Virus record (IMG/VR): IMGVR_UViG_3300046616_000314
Coordinates: 248,001 to 312,000 of that record
Length of the DNA stretch: 64,000 nt
Reading direction: 5' to 3' (one strand)
The notes under the pieces were generated by a model. That model worked only from the letters and a program-made list of their open reading frames with translations, did not search any database and was not told the origin of the DNA. A program made the position numbers and the translations under genes. Below are positions 29,001-36,612 of this stretch, in pieces. Every line of letters starts with the position of its first letter. Position 1 is the first letter of the stretch.

Positions 29001-30368
29001 GTTAGCCGGTGTGCCCGAAATAACACCAGTTGCACCATTCAACGATAGACCGGAAGGCAGGGTGCTTGCGTTCAGAGCATACGAAATATCCGAGAAAGCT
29101 TCGGGATCGACTGCGCTTAGGGTAAAGGTATAAGGAACGCTCGAAATCGCATTCGACAAATTCAGAGTATTCCAAACCGGCGGCGTGTTCAGGACGGCGC
29201 GAATCTTCAGTGTACGCGGCGAAGGGTTGACACCATCAAATGCGTCAATAGTGAACGTATAGTCGGTAGATTCTTCGACTTGCGGTAGGAAGCCATAGAT
29301 AGCACCCGCGCTTGTGAGAGTGACACCATCAGGCAGGGTGCCCGAAGTCAGCGAGAACGTCAGTGGCAAACCGTTGGGATCATAGGCTTGCAATTGGGTA
29401 TTGATGTAATTGCCGCCGAGATCGGTAACGATAGTACCTTGCGAAATCCAAACAGCCGGAAGATTTTTATCAACGGCAATGGAGAAATCACGATTCAGAC
29501 CGCGCAGACCATCCGAGGCGCGCAGGGTGAAGCGACGTTCTTGGCTATAACCAACTTGGCTGACAACACCGTTGATCCAACCAGTGTTGGAGTTTAGGGA
29601 CATACCAACCGGCAATGAACCGCTAACCAACGAATAGCTAACAACATCACCGTTATCGGCATCCGTTGCCACGACAGCATAATTGGCAGTTGCGTATTCA
29701 ACCGCATGACCAAGCAAGCCCGCCGGGGTTTGCCATGTGGGCGGCGCGTTGTAATCGACGGTGAAGCTGAATGCACGGTTGAGGGAAAGAATTCCGTCCG
29801 ACGCAGCAATAGTGAAGAAGAAGGTAGTATCACCACCAACGCCCGAAAGAATACCGCTGATAACACCCGTGTCAGTGTTCAGGGTCAAACCATCAGGAAG
29901 CGAACCGGCTGCAACGCTATACGTGACCGGCTCACCCTCTGGATCGGTGGCGACCACGACGACGTTTGCAAAAGTACCATCGCGTTGAGTACCCAAGGTA
30001 CCAGCAGGAGTAGTCCAAACCGGAGCCGAGTTTTGAGTGACATCAAGCGAGAATTCGCGAGAAACCGAAGCCGTGTTGCTTGTGCAGGTAATCGTAAACG
30101 CATACGATTGAGCGACGTTATCTAGAACGCCCGACAAAGCACCGGTTTGATTATTGAAAGATAGACCATCGGGAATAGTACCCGAGGTAATGGAGAAGGT
30201 AGGCGCGGGACCGCTTACAACGCGGACCTTAACGGGTAGATAGACGGTCGATCCACCCAAGAAAGAACCCAACGATCCTTCGTCGGGGCTTAGCCAAGTC
30301 AAAAAGGTGTCATCTGATGCGTTTTGCTTAATCCAAACGAGCTTCAGACCGTCATACTTAATTCCCAT
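20031..30368 (-). CDS. Giant virion fibre/adhesin, 3445 aa: ~20 putative-Ig repeats and ~7 LamG/concanavalin-A-like modules
   Basis: Repeated PxWxTxxGxL...ATDPxG..(L/V)xY...GxLPxGLxL...GxISG units; repeated D(P)xxxNVVL...WHHxA...GYxDDxRxTxGxARYTxxFTPP units. Confidence 0.9.
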   Translation of the reverse strand: MGIKYDGLKLVWIKQNASDDTFLTWLSPDEGSLGSFLGGSTVYLPVKVRVVSGPAPTFSITSGTIPDGLSFNNQTGALSGVLDNVAQSYAFTITCTSNTASVSREFSLDVTQNSAPVWTTPAGTLGTQRDGTFANVVVVATDPEGEPVTYSVAAGSLPDGLTLNTDTGVISGILSGVGGDTTFFFTIAASDGILSLNRAFSFTVDYNAPPTWQTPAGLLGHAVEYATANYAVVATDADNGDVVSYSLVSGSLPVGMSLNSNTGWINGVVSQVGYSQERRFTLRASDGLRGLNRDFSIAVDKNLPAVWISQGTIVTDLGGNYINTQLQAYDPNGLPLTFSLTSGTLPDGVTLTSAGAIYGFLPQVEESTDYTFTIDAFDGVNPSPRTLKIRAVLNTPPVWNTLNLSNAISSVPYTFTLSAVDPEAFSDISYALNASTLPSGLSLNGATGVISGTPANYGSDFTFDLTIDASDGVLTTPRDFSLIVKENLDPIWNTASGLIANALAKTAISVQLEGYDPNGLPVSYSLESGTLPAGITLSAAGRISGTLPAVVSDTESEFTVNLFDGYNTVARTFSIINRVNAAPVWLTAAGSIGGGFEQTPFSYQLQGYDPDGYAVSYRLKYPGSLPFGLYLSGTGRISGTLPTVLQDAHPSFDVVLSDGSLDNYNEVERNFTIDVMFNSAPVWITGSNLGNIIENAAYSNQLSATGVGNGPMVYTLKSGALPAGWTLTKAGMLSGVSPAVASDTVFNFTINAFNGIKGADQSFTLTVQHNVPPVWVSNAGTIGSFYGNNTFEVQLVASDANGTPLTYTLVNSTTLPAGVTMSTSGRIAGKLAIVANATTYNFEVGASDGQSRVDRAFSVTAYSNQLPNWVTPSGSIFTGQKNKPVNTGVVATDLENSALTYALAVGSTLPTGLSLNSSTGRITGLAPNVSSNTNYPFTMTVTDGSAAPVEREFSIDVNVDTVPIWDTPAGTLGNTLSGYTFNFNFSAHDPEGLPVSYTMTSGTLPPNSTFNTSGAVHTVDINGTPVSDTDQTYTFTVTASDGTLTGPERTFSITVLKNLLPVWTTPAGSLGTQPEGSAFSATVHANDPEGLTITYTVTGGALPANVSLNNNTGQISGTLPPIATDTTYNFTITASDSRRSVPRSFSLVSTFNSPPAWTTASALGNELESSPYSKTLVATSNGDQVTYTSNNLPAFLTLNANGALTGMLPSVGSDTPYSFLATAHNPQGKTTDRTFTFSVINNIPPVWTTDAGLITALAGTTFNFPLVATDPNGTPLTYEHVSGTVPPGVTLDVGNSAAIYGTLPAVTEDTTYTIRVGASDGFTRVDRDFTLTSKLDTPAVWITNAGVILTQIEASYANTSVLAVDPNGNTVTYALDNGTSLPGALTLYSNGAIRGTLPAYSNGSSYNFDIAASDGHFSTGRTFTIALTQNQAPVWITNTVLADANESSQYSVTLLATDPDGDAVTYTMVNSPALPGTITLYSNGAVRGLAPSTNNDLGAEFTARATDVWGKWSEKTFNFTVKNDTSYLDQNSDKVTYLNHFDSMPDSEWANVVVFLPFNGDTINYAGYTNSGVGTVGTTAPKYGSGCLIAAENSSTAVVALPSSLDNKPFTIEFWLKRDRLGVNREGIVAVGGQGLPNTISMEFLTNNTIRILENTVGILVSNAAISDITDWHHVAMCSNGTAVTLFVDGVSQGAPANYYDGTLTSATTFVAGGTGLSNFNFLGKFDDIRMTVGTSRYSSNFTPSQNQMPLQDYYGTYTQQIGAVNTSSAVSKFGAASARMSNATAMVIPAAATGTNQNTTSGSFTVEGWFYLTAYPTAAESYNYLFYKTASVGEYFSARVSNATSKVEFFTYNGTSAVSIGNSAAAVPLNTWFNVSYSVSNSTVQTYVNGTRVSNAAITRATSTAGLNIGGTGASPRWTFRGYTDDVRLTDVARYSGASYVVPEFPYGNAPLWNTPAGALATTTEESTANVVVSATDPYNLGYALYEVTSGALPSTLTLNANTGAITGTLPYAAGPTGYAFGIQKTEGNGNKSSTRTFSVIPSVFPTPALALSWRLNRATGVTYTNLAPDVGTAAVTTYATGPTMVAAPGYSGDTAAYYNQTVTKMTTDTSSIRALVGDFTYEVWLNPLASPGATNTRFVFGIGSTAKFFVYYDPADNQWKNVYNNVTNSFGTLSLNTWHHLAVVKINSTIYLYADGVNVASSAVTTPALTYFDSDTMTIGNYNNGNAGTINNISNLLIRSMNIWSTVKYNTNFTPSWNSFVQPYWNSKSTTVYVANNAPIQVAYTAASFGNTTVSYGLANATTSGIGIDSTGALTGNAPATVGNASTVSFMATDSKSRTAPIRDITVIAETADPFYSNVVLLYQDDLVDATGKTITLFTATRSTSTYKYGTASLSFNGQVGTIARTTPSPRFSFGSNDWTFEAWVYTPGLTNTSNAGYSGCLWNLTDGSTVNTYNAMGFYLSGTATGVSGLGFQARDQSNSGAAMLNTAATFSEATFPLNTWHHVAFVRSGANMLHFLNGVNVGTTTNAFTGPTASMYFPPNGFIQFGGINVTSWTSPYNGFMDDARITNGNARYTTNFTPPGRLGGIIKNPIFTNTPSANTAVGYANSVIQKTIAATSVDTSAAITYTIASSTPPGVATINSTTGTMAVTFANTTAATANVTVRALADVFYTDRVINFQAVDSEILDTYYANVVAMMPMYGTVGTVPAELTGKSVTTTGTPVLSATQSKWGTQSFQTLANNYAFVTNTGGVLSSPGNFTVEGWFYKTAYATAYDAFFGSYTTTTANDTLMYTNLAGQLRFYVPTTDYIIGGGAGVTFPLNQWVHLAWSRVAGTSYFFMNGNLIGTSQVYVGTFCPSTQRLTVGGYEGQAASAGHVGFTNDFRYTKGVGRYTANFTPPTQPLPNKPNTAPQILLNNTTAYSNAVLNYSATFNANSFTLANEPTGLIANGSLLTGKMPFLSNTTVYNTTVSATNASSTSNAVVTYNVVVDPYLANTIVQMPMIGNPGAQLTERSSGKAITIQGGGGVLTQLVSKWGNQTTAGFSFGNFSYVGGIPQMTGAYTIEAWIHQIQPASAAPPNGLYSFYLSNNPNGSGPGYFIGVNASQQLVLRESAVDRIVGPVIPLNTWTHIALTRSGTLSTLWVNGVAVGSTNGTVSDWGQTSARIGLGGYEQVPANYGYNGAITDLRITNGVSRYSGTFTPPTQQFTLLPNDDPQYASVSVLVNGEGTLTDSTGNCTFTANGASISTVKKQFGNSSVSFPGTVTQTITQSQTNPTAGLDFGTGDFTMETWFNITALTAAGGGDYRSQLLHYSPPAATNVSTASVWSLHVGGPTASAGTAISFYSGSGSTFTFSPSASIPVNTWHHIAIVRQSGVFRCYLNGNLVGSQTSSFSFPSGTGSALLLGGNPVASYTANLNGYLDDIRITKGVARYVTPFTPPGQLGNF

Positions 30369-30410
30369 GAGATTTTTCCAGATGCTTGTGTCAAACGACA
30401 GTGTGTTTGA

Positions 30411-30418
30411 TATTTATG
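30411..30418 (-). promoter_or_regulatory. T4-like late promoter (CATAAATA)
   Basis: ~42 nt upstream of the giant gene's ATG. Confidence 0.6.
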
Positions 30419-30482
30419 CATCTGAAATTGGGTATATTCTGGATTTAACTCCGTTTCAGAAAATACGTCTACAGGTTGCTTA

Positions 30483-30857
30483 TTACTGTTTTTCAACAAC
30501 TTTTAGGTTGCCTCCGGTGCGTTCGAACAGCGTGCAAATCATATTGATGTCGCGCTTAGGAACGTCGCGAAGAACGGGACCGGTCGTTGACATTTCGATC
30601 ATATCCTTGGCTTCCTTGAGCCCCAAAGACAAATCGCCCGTATATACACGGGAAAGCTCACGAAGAATCTTGATAGCGTTGATCTTCTTGTCGGGGATCG
30701 AGCCCATATAGATGTCGTAAACCGCATCTTGCCTGGGAAGAGTGGGGTTGCCGTGTTCGGGAAAACCGAACTTGTTGTACAGTCGTAGATAGAGCGCATA
30801 CGCATCTTTTGTATCGAGACCATCAACAAACGTGTTCATATCGATATTAACGTGCAT
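30483..30857 (-). CDS. Ribosomal protein bL12 (L7/L12) C-terminal-domain-like protein
   Basis: YDIYMGSIPDKKINAIKILRE...LGLKEAKDMIE...VLRDVPKRD...FERTGG.LKV matches the bL12 CTD signature; AGAGGA RBS. Confidence 0.8.
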   Translation of the reverse strand: MHVNIDMNTFVDGLDTKDAYALYLRLYNKFGFPEHGNPTLPRQDAVYDIYMGSIPDKKINAIKILRELSRVYTGDLSLGLKEAKDMIEMSTTGPVLRDVPKRDINMICTLFERTGGNLKVVEKQ

Positions 30858-30892
30858 GGCTGTCCTCTCTAGCAATACCAACTTGTATAGCA

Positions 30893-30899
30893 ATAAATA
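30893..30899 (+). promoter_or_regulatory. T4-like late promoter, 5 nt before ATG
   Basis: ATAAATA-acact-ATG, no SD. Confidence 0.6.
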
Positions 30900-30904
30900 A
30901 CACT

Positions 30905-31720
30905 ATGTGCAACGATATTCGCAAACATCTTAATTTATTTGAGAACGTAGAGTTTTTGGAAGAGACCAAAGCCGCTCAATATAATCTCAAAGCTCGTTAC
31001 GACGAATTCAATCAGAAATTCTTCAACAACGAATTGCCTGAAATTCCCCTGAAATTCGGTACCCTAAAGAATTCCGGCGGCGTTGTGAAATTCAAGGTGA
31101 GCCGCGTCGGTCCCAAGCCAACTGCACGAACTATTCGTTATGGTCTAAACACACCCAATACGACGACTACGTTGATCCCCGGTACATTGACGATGGTTAT
31201 CTCGGATGCCTATCAGCGTAGTGAAGCCGAATTTGACGGTTTGTTGTTGCATGAAATGATCCATGTCTATTTTGCTCATACTGGAAAGTATTATGAGAGC
31301 CATGGTCCATTGTTCATGAAAATGTTACGAGAGTTATCGCAACGTAGTGGAATGGATATTCCTCTGACCGATGACACCAGCACGGCTTTACTCTCAAACG
31401 ATGCCGTCAAACCTGTTGGTGTTGTGATTGTTGAAAAGAAGTCGGGTGGTTTCTCGTTTGCGATGTATAATCCGAACGTTCTCACCACAAAAATTGAAGA
31501 ATTCAAAGCAGTATGGGAACGTTACAATCCAAGTTATGCAAAGGAAGTCCGTGCATACTTGGTGACGGGACCAGCTTGGACGAGAATGGCAATGGAAGTC
31601 CCGGTTGGGCGCCTTCCTAAGAAAGGTAATTTTTACCGGCTAGACGACGAAGACAAAGAAAAATTGTTCGCTGAAATAGCAGAGCATGGCGAAGTGGTCG
31701 CAGAACTTAAAATATCATAA
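30905..31720 (+). CDS. SprT-like zinc metallopeptidase
   Basis: YDEFNQKFFNNELP...LLLHEMIHVY...HGPLF. Confidence 0.85.
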   Translation: MCNDIRKHLNLFENVEFLEETKAAQYNLKARYDEFNQKFFNNELPEIPLKFGTLKNSGGVVKFKVSRVGPKPTARTIRYGLNTPNTTTTLIPGTLTMVISDAYQRSEAEFDGLLLHEMIHVYFAHTGKYYESHGPLFMKMLRELSQRSGMDIPLTDDTSTALLSNDAVKPVGVVIVEKKSGGFSFAMYNPNVLTTKIEEFKAVWERYNPSYAKEVRAYLVTGPAWTRMAMEVPVGRLPKKGNFYRLDDEDKEKLFAEIAEHGEVVAELKIS

Positions 31721-31750
31721 AAAAGAACCCGGCGGGCAACCACCGGGTTC
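31719..31750 (-). terminator. Intrinsic terminator (possibly bidirectional)
   Basis: GAACCCGG...CCGGGTTC followed by a minus-strand U-run. Confidence 0.8.
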
Positions 31751-31855
31751 TCTCAACAACAGAACAACCTTCAACATACTATGTCGAGACGTTGAAGACC
31801 AATGCCCAACCACCCGGTCAGTTCCAACGAGGTTGCCTACTGGGTCTCGTTGACC
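31725..31855 (-). ncRNA. Candidate ~130 nt sRNA
   Basis: TTGACA-N16-TAATCT (31888-31861), two hairpins, then a terminator; no credible ORF. Confidence 0.45.
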
Positions 31856-31889
31856 CGCGTAGATTACAAACCCGGTTTGGGTTGTCAAG

Positions 31890-34793
31890 CTACATGATCC
31901 AAATTTTTCCAGTAGCTTCCTCAAGCAACTCATCGAAGGCTTGCTTGACCTGATTCGGTAATTCCGACCAAAGGTGTTGAGCCGCAGCACGTCTCTCAGG
32001 ATCGGTTGTCAAATCCATGCCTTCGTCAAAGTGATCCGGCAACGGGTTCAGAGTAATTTTTCCAGTAATGATATACTGCGCAAAGCTTTCGTGAATCCAT
32101 TCAGATGCCGTGACCAGTTTATTCGACCGCGCCGAACGCATAGTACCCAAATAATGACCCATCATCTTAGTATAGATTTCATGGTGATCATGATAAATGA
32201 TATGTCCATACTGTGTATCTTGATCTGGCCACTCGTGATCATAGCCAATTTCCAAGATGTTATGGACAAAATTTTCAAAGACATAGGCTGCACTATAGGA
32301 CGACGCTAGCTTGTTACGTCCACTGATCAGAGTATGCGCCATTCGGTGAGCAATGATCCATGGGCTACGCAAGCTGATGTAGTCTTGATCCGACATATTG
32401 CTTCCGAGGATCATCGTAATATGGTTCGGATTTGCCTTGCTCAAATATTCATAGGCTTCCTTACCGAGTTTCTTTTGAACCCATTCCAAATCTACGTAAC
32501 CCTTTTGTGTCGTGGGATCATAGTCGGGATTGGTCGATTGCCAAAAATACATATCGAATGTGAATAGGGTTTTCATGAAAGCATTTTGGGCTTTCTTGAT
32601 TACGCCAGGATCACGCATGGCTTTCTTATCGACGGCTGACCAGTGTGGAGCTTCCATTTCGTAGCCAGTGAATTTCGACATCATTTCTTTTTCATTGGAG
32701 TCGAAATTCGGATCAACCTGCCAATCACCAATCGGGGCTTCGGTTAAACCAGCACCAAATTGATGAATGTCTTGTAATTTCCAAGTTTCGTGATCTTTAA
32801 AATATACTTGCCATCCCTTCAAGAATTTTTGAAGATACGGATTATTAATCAAATTATCCGATGATTGATACTTAGAATAAAATTCTAGTTCTAGATTACT
32901 TCCTCGCCAACCCAAGCTAATACAGTTTACCAATCCTTGAACATTAAAATGTGTTTTAAGATCATGATGAGTAGCATTGGCTGCATCCCATGCAATAATA
33001 CCATCTGGCATTACAAACATTCGAACCCAACCAAAATTTTGCAATAAACGTTCTAATTCGCCGTGAGAACCAATCTTATAAGTTTGCAAGTTAGAATTTT
33101 TCAGTTCCACTTTATCGAATGGAGCTTCGTCCAGAATTTCTTCCTCTATCGGTTCAGACGCCGTGATCAATTCTGTTAAGTTACCGAAGTATCTAATGAA
33201 TTTTGCTTGCTTGTCGGGAGATTCGATACCGTATTCGTTCTCGCCCATGACGATAACAAACAATCCAAGCGACGTTTTCCAAACTTCTCCTGCACCCGCC
33301 CAATCATTGCTTTCAAGCATTTCATCTGAATTCGTAGCTGCAATAAAGGGTTCCCAACGGTTGGACGCGGAGACATACAGCGCGTCACGCGCGTCCGCGT
33401 GCGAACTGTCCATGGCATCCCACATATAGATGTCCCCGGTGGAAGCATCATAGGCGCCCCGAATACCAGACGTTGCCGAATTCAACAGAGATTGGAATTC
33501 ACCACGGGTCGGATCGATGAAAAATTTTACGTTATTATTCCAAACCGAAGTCTCTTCGAAACGTTCGGTCAACTCGTCATCGGTCTCTTCATCTTCGTCA
33601 TCAAGCATCGTCCAATCGCCATAGATATCTTGGTCATAGTAATCGACTTCGATTTCTGGGAAATTGTTGACTAGCCAATCGCAACCGTGCGCCAATTCGG
33701 CGCCAACTTTATCACTATGCCACCAGATTGTGTTCAGTGAAGCATCTGTGACCGTGAGCATGATCGGTTGACCAAATTTGGTGCTATAAGCGTAAACTGG
33801 AATAGCATCCTTTGGAAGATTCAATTCCGCATGAACTGTGTTGTGGACAGCATCATAGGCAGACCATGCATAAAAATCTTTCCCAACGGCATAGCCGCGC
33901 GCCATCTGGTGTTTGCCTAAGCATTCCCGCCATTCTTTGGAATTGGGATTGATAAAGACGGTGACGATATGTTCTTTGCGCGGACCATATTGCGGCTTGA
34001 AAGCGTGGGCAAAGGCTTCCTTGACCGGCTCTGGATCGGAATGAACGGGTTGTTCGGGGAAATCCAGAACATCCGAGTAGTGCGCCTTGAAGTCTACGAC
34101 CGCGTGACCATTGCGACCAATGGCGTTGAATTTTACATTCGGTGGTAGCGTGATAGGCGCACGCCGACGCTTGCCCCAAGATGCTTTATACCCTTCGTTT
34201 CCGTAGACGGTTCCTGCCATGATATCGAACAAAAGTTCTTGGTCATCGCGCGTAGTTGATTGAATATTGCTGAAGGGCTCATCATCCCAATCGACCTGCG
34301 ACGGGTGCATTGTTACGTCTACGTGACGCATTTCTACGGAAATACTTGTGACATATTTCCAAATATTTGTCAGATCACCGATCAAAAACTCTTCGGATTC
34401 ATCCGACGAGACATCGCGCATACCAAGTGTACCCGCAATGGTGTCGATAGGTTCACGATAGGTTTGGTTACGCGGTTTGTTGCGATATGGCGCATAGCGC
34501 ATCGGAACAACCTTATGATTGTGCTTCAGACGTTGCAGGCTGAAGCCGATACGCCAAGCCTTGATCCCGCCTCTAGCGTAGGTATCTTGGATATCGAAGA
34601 ATGCATTGCGGGTAAGGCTGACGCCCTGGACAGTGGCATCATTGATCGTGTGGGGTGTTCGCCCGGTGATCGTCTGTGTCTTGAAAATCATCCGCAGAGC
34701 ATCAGCCGTAGTCCAGTGATAGACTTGTTGATCTGGTGCATTGACTAGTTCGTCAATACGGTCTTCGTTTAATAGGTCCATAAGGTCGCGCAT
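31890..34793 (-). CDS. Multi-domain late protein: ART-like N-domain, three internal repeats, zincin-like C-domain
   Basis: Start MRDLMDLLNE 5 nt after CATAAATA; VYHWT..GVSLTR..ESEE; repeats ending (A/M)WxAxxxxH; SPWIIAHRMAH...HESFAQY. Confidence 0.8.
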   Translation of the reverse strand: MRDLMDLLNEDRIDELVNAPDQQVYHWTTADALRMIFKTQTITGRTPHTINDATVQGVSLTRNAFFDIQDTYARGGIKAWRIGFSLQRLKHNHKVVPMRYAPYRNKPRNQTYREPIDTIAGTLGMRDVSSDESEEFLIGDLTNIWKYVTSISVEMRHVDVTMHPSQVDWDDEPFSNIQSTTRDDQELLFDIMAGTVYGNEGYKASWGKRRRAPITLPPNVKFNAIGRNGHAVVDFKAHYSDVLDFPEQPVHSDPEPVKEAFAHAFKPQYGPRKEHIVTVFINPNSKEWRECLGKHQMARGYAVGKDFYAWSAYDAVHNTVHAELNLPKDAIPVYAYSTKFGQPIMLTVTDASLNTIWWHSDKVGAELAHGCDWLVNNFPEIEVDYYDQDIYGDWTMLDDEDEETDDELTERFEETSVWNNNVKFFIDPTRGEFQSLLNSATSGIRGAYDASTGDIYMWDAMDSSHADARDALYVSASNRWEPFIAATNSDEMLESNDWAGAGEVWKTSLGLFVIVMGENEYGIESPDKQAKFIRYFGNLTELITASEPIEEEILDEAPFDKVELKNSNLQTYKIGSHGELERLLQNFGWVRMFVMPDGIIAWDAANATHHDLKTHFNVQGLVNCISLGWRGSNLELEFYSKYQSSDNLINNPYLQKFLKGWQVYFKDHETWKLQDIHQFGAGLTEAPIGDWQVDPNFDSNEKEMMSKFTGYEMEAPHWSAVDKKAMRDPGVIKKAQNAFMKTLFTFDMYFWQSTNPDYDPTTQKGYVDLEWVQKKLGKEAYEYLSKANPNHITMILGSNMSDQDYISLRSPWIIAHRMAHTLISGRNKLASSYSAAYVFENFVHNILEIGYDHEWPDQDTQYGHIIYHDHHEIYTKMMGHYLGTMRSARSNKLVTASEWIHESFAQYIITGKITLNPLPDHFDEGMDLTTDPERRAAAQHLWSELPNQVKQAFDELLEEATGKIWIM

Positions 34794-34861
34794 ACGGTTA
34801 TTTATGGCTTGACATTTGGTAGTGTTTTGGTACGGTCCCAATAATTGTTTGGAGATATCTT

Positions 34862-35389
34862 TTGACTTCTGATCGTCCTAAAATCCGAATTGGTCAACGC
34901 GATAAGCATCGTCATACGATGCCGATCTATAAGGATGATGTTCCGGTTGCAGAATTGTATTGGCGCATTGATCGCCAGTATCTACGCACGTGGCGTGGAG
35001 CCTTCGGTAAGAAATCAACCGAATACAAGACCACGCGCATCGGCAAGCTGACGATTTTCCCGATCTTGGGTCCGCTTGATATTTCGAACCTATCGGATGC
35101 TCATACCGCGAAGCGTTACGCTCGCATGGTGGTCGAATACGGCTATGAAAACCTGATTCGGTATGAATATAAGAAAGATACTTTCACCAAAAATGACATC
35201 GTGATCGGTTGGACGCATCCGACTTTTGTATCCGAAGTTAACGAATGGTGTAAAAAACACATGCGGGATACGCCCGTGCTCAATGCTATGAAAAAGCAAG
35301 TGTCGCCGCTCTACAAAACGACGTGCATTTACGAAGTGGTTTTCTCTTGCGAAGAGGATGCCCTGATGTTCAAGTTGAAGTGGCTATGA
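34862..35389 (+). CDS. Hypothetical protein, FKLKW family
   Basis: C-terminus VFSCEEDALMFKLKWL. Confidence 0.8.
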   Translation: MTSDRPKIRIGQRDKHRHTMPIYKDDVPVAELYWRIDRQYLRTWRGAFGKKSTEYKTTRIGKLTIFPILGPLDISNLSDAHTAKRYARMVVEYGYENLIRYEYKKDTFTKNDIVIGWTHPTFVSEVNEWCKKHMRDTPVLNAMKKQVSPLYKTTCIYEVVFSCEEDALMFKLKWL

Positions 35390-35859
35390 AAGTAACGTTC
35401 ACCAAGCTAAATCCCGATGGATACAACACCCGTTTCATCCTGTACGAGGGTGAACGGGTCGGGAAGGTCACGTTCTATCGCAATCGCAAGCGCGATGGAA
35501 ACAGGGACGTGTCGTTCACTGGGGGAGATTTTGTAAATTATCTTCACAAGTCTTCTATGGGTTTGTCTAAGTTCGACACGTGGATCGAAGTAAAGCGTTT
35601 CATCAAAGCATCGTACGCTTCAGGTGGTAAGCTACTCGTGATGCGATTTTCTCAAGACCCAAAGTGTCTTGTGAATATTGCTTTCATCAAACATAATCAT
35701 ACGGCGCATTTCTATGATCATGTGAAGGATTGGCTTGCCACGAAAGAAATCTCTGCTTATCTTGTCTCCCGGTCGCGGTTTGACGATCCGAAACACCAAT
35801 ATGATATTTTCTTTTCAAGCATGGATGATGCAACTATGTTCAAGATGAAGTGGTTGTAA
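35386..35859 (+). CDS. Hypothetical protein, FKLKW family
   Basis: MKVTFT...IFFSSMDDATMFKMKWL. Confidence 0.8.
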   Translation: MKVTFTKLNPDGYNTRFILYEGERVGKVTFYRNRKRDGNRDVSFTGGDFVNYLHKSSMGLSKFDTWIEVKRFIKASYASGGKLLVMRFSQDPKCLVNIAFIKHNHTAHFYDHVKDWLATKEISAYLVSRSRFDDPKHQYDIFFSSMDDATMFKMKWL

Positions 35860-36344
35860 TGACCAAAGTCACCTTCACTCGTTCCGATGACATCTATGCC
35901 GATGGTCAGCATGTGGGCTATTTTTCGTATAGCGCATCCCGTTGGTACATTAATAGTTTCAAGACTATGGGTGGTAGCAGGATTGCTCGATACGGGACCG
36001 AAGTTATTTGCACGGTATATTGCTCAGATGGTGAGAGCAAAGAATTGTCGCAGTTCTTTTCTAAGTCCCATGTAAAGCAATTCCTTCGGGTCTATTTTGG
36101 GGGAGGCAGGGGTATTCCGCCCATCAAAATCCACGTGGTGCGCGAGCATTCTTTGTTCCGCCATATCGATTTCTTTACCGACAAACCGCCGGTCATTCGC
36201 GATAGCTTGCTAGAATGGATCGGGCAAAATCTTAGTGCCACGCCGTTTTTCAAGCGAGTAGGATCGACTTCAACTGGTGGATACTGGAATATCTATTTCG
36301 CCAGTGAAGAAGATGCGATGATATTCAAGATGAAGTGGCTATAA
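35859..36344 (+). CDS. Hypothetical protein, FKLKW family
   Basis: MTKVTFT...IYFASEEDAMIFKMKWL. Confidence 0.8.
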   Translation: MTKVTFTRSDDIYADGQHVGYFSYSASRWYINSFKTMGGSRIARYGTEVICTVYCSDGESKELSQFFSKSHVKQFLRVYFGGGRGIPPIKIHVVREHSLFRHIDFFTDKPPVIRDSLLEWIGQNLSATPFFKRVGSTSTGGYWNIYFASEEDAMIFKMKWL

Positions 36345-36405
36345 CGCTTGACAATCTAATACACTGTGGTATCTATAGTGTATTATTTGATTGATCGGAG
36401 TCACC

Positions 36406-36612
36406 ATGAGCCGCGAACAAGAAATCCGCCAAGCCATTATCGCTCATATCCAAAAGAAGGGCTCGTGCCCTGCTTTTGAAAGCGTCGGTACGGATTGGAC
36501 CGAAGGTAATCCTATCTTCGAAGCGATGCTCGCTGAAGGTGTTCTGGTCGAGACCATTCGCATGAGCCCGAAGGGGCGTCGCATGACCGTCATTCGCCTG
36601 GGAGAAATCTAA
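36406..36612 (+). CDS. Hypothetical protein
   Basis: GGAG RBS; TTGACA promoter-like element upstream (~36349). Confidence 0.7.
   Translation: MSREQEIRQAIIAHIQKKGSCPAFESVGTDWTEGNPIFEAMLAEGVLVETIRMSPKGRRMTVIRLGEI

Noticed and set aside
20031-30368. Repeats in the giant gene as CRISPR or DGR template/variable repeats
   Set aside because: Repeats are diverged protein-level domains with no near-identical nucleotide copies, and no reverse transcriptase or cas gene is in the window
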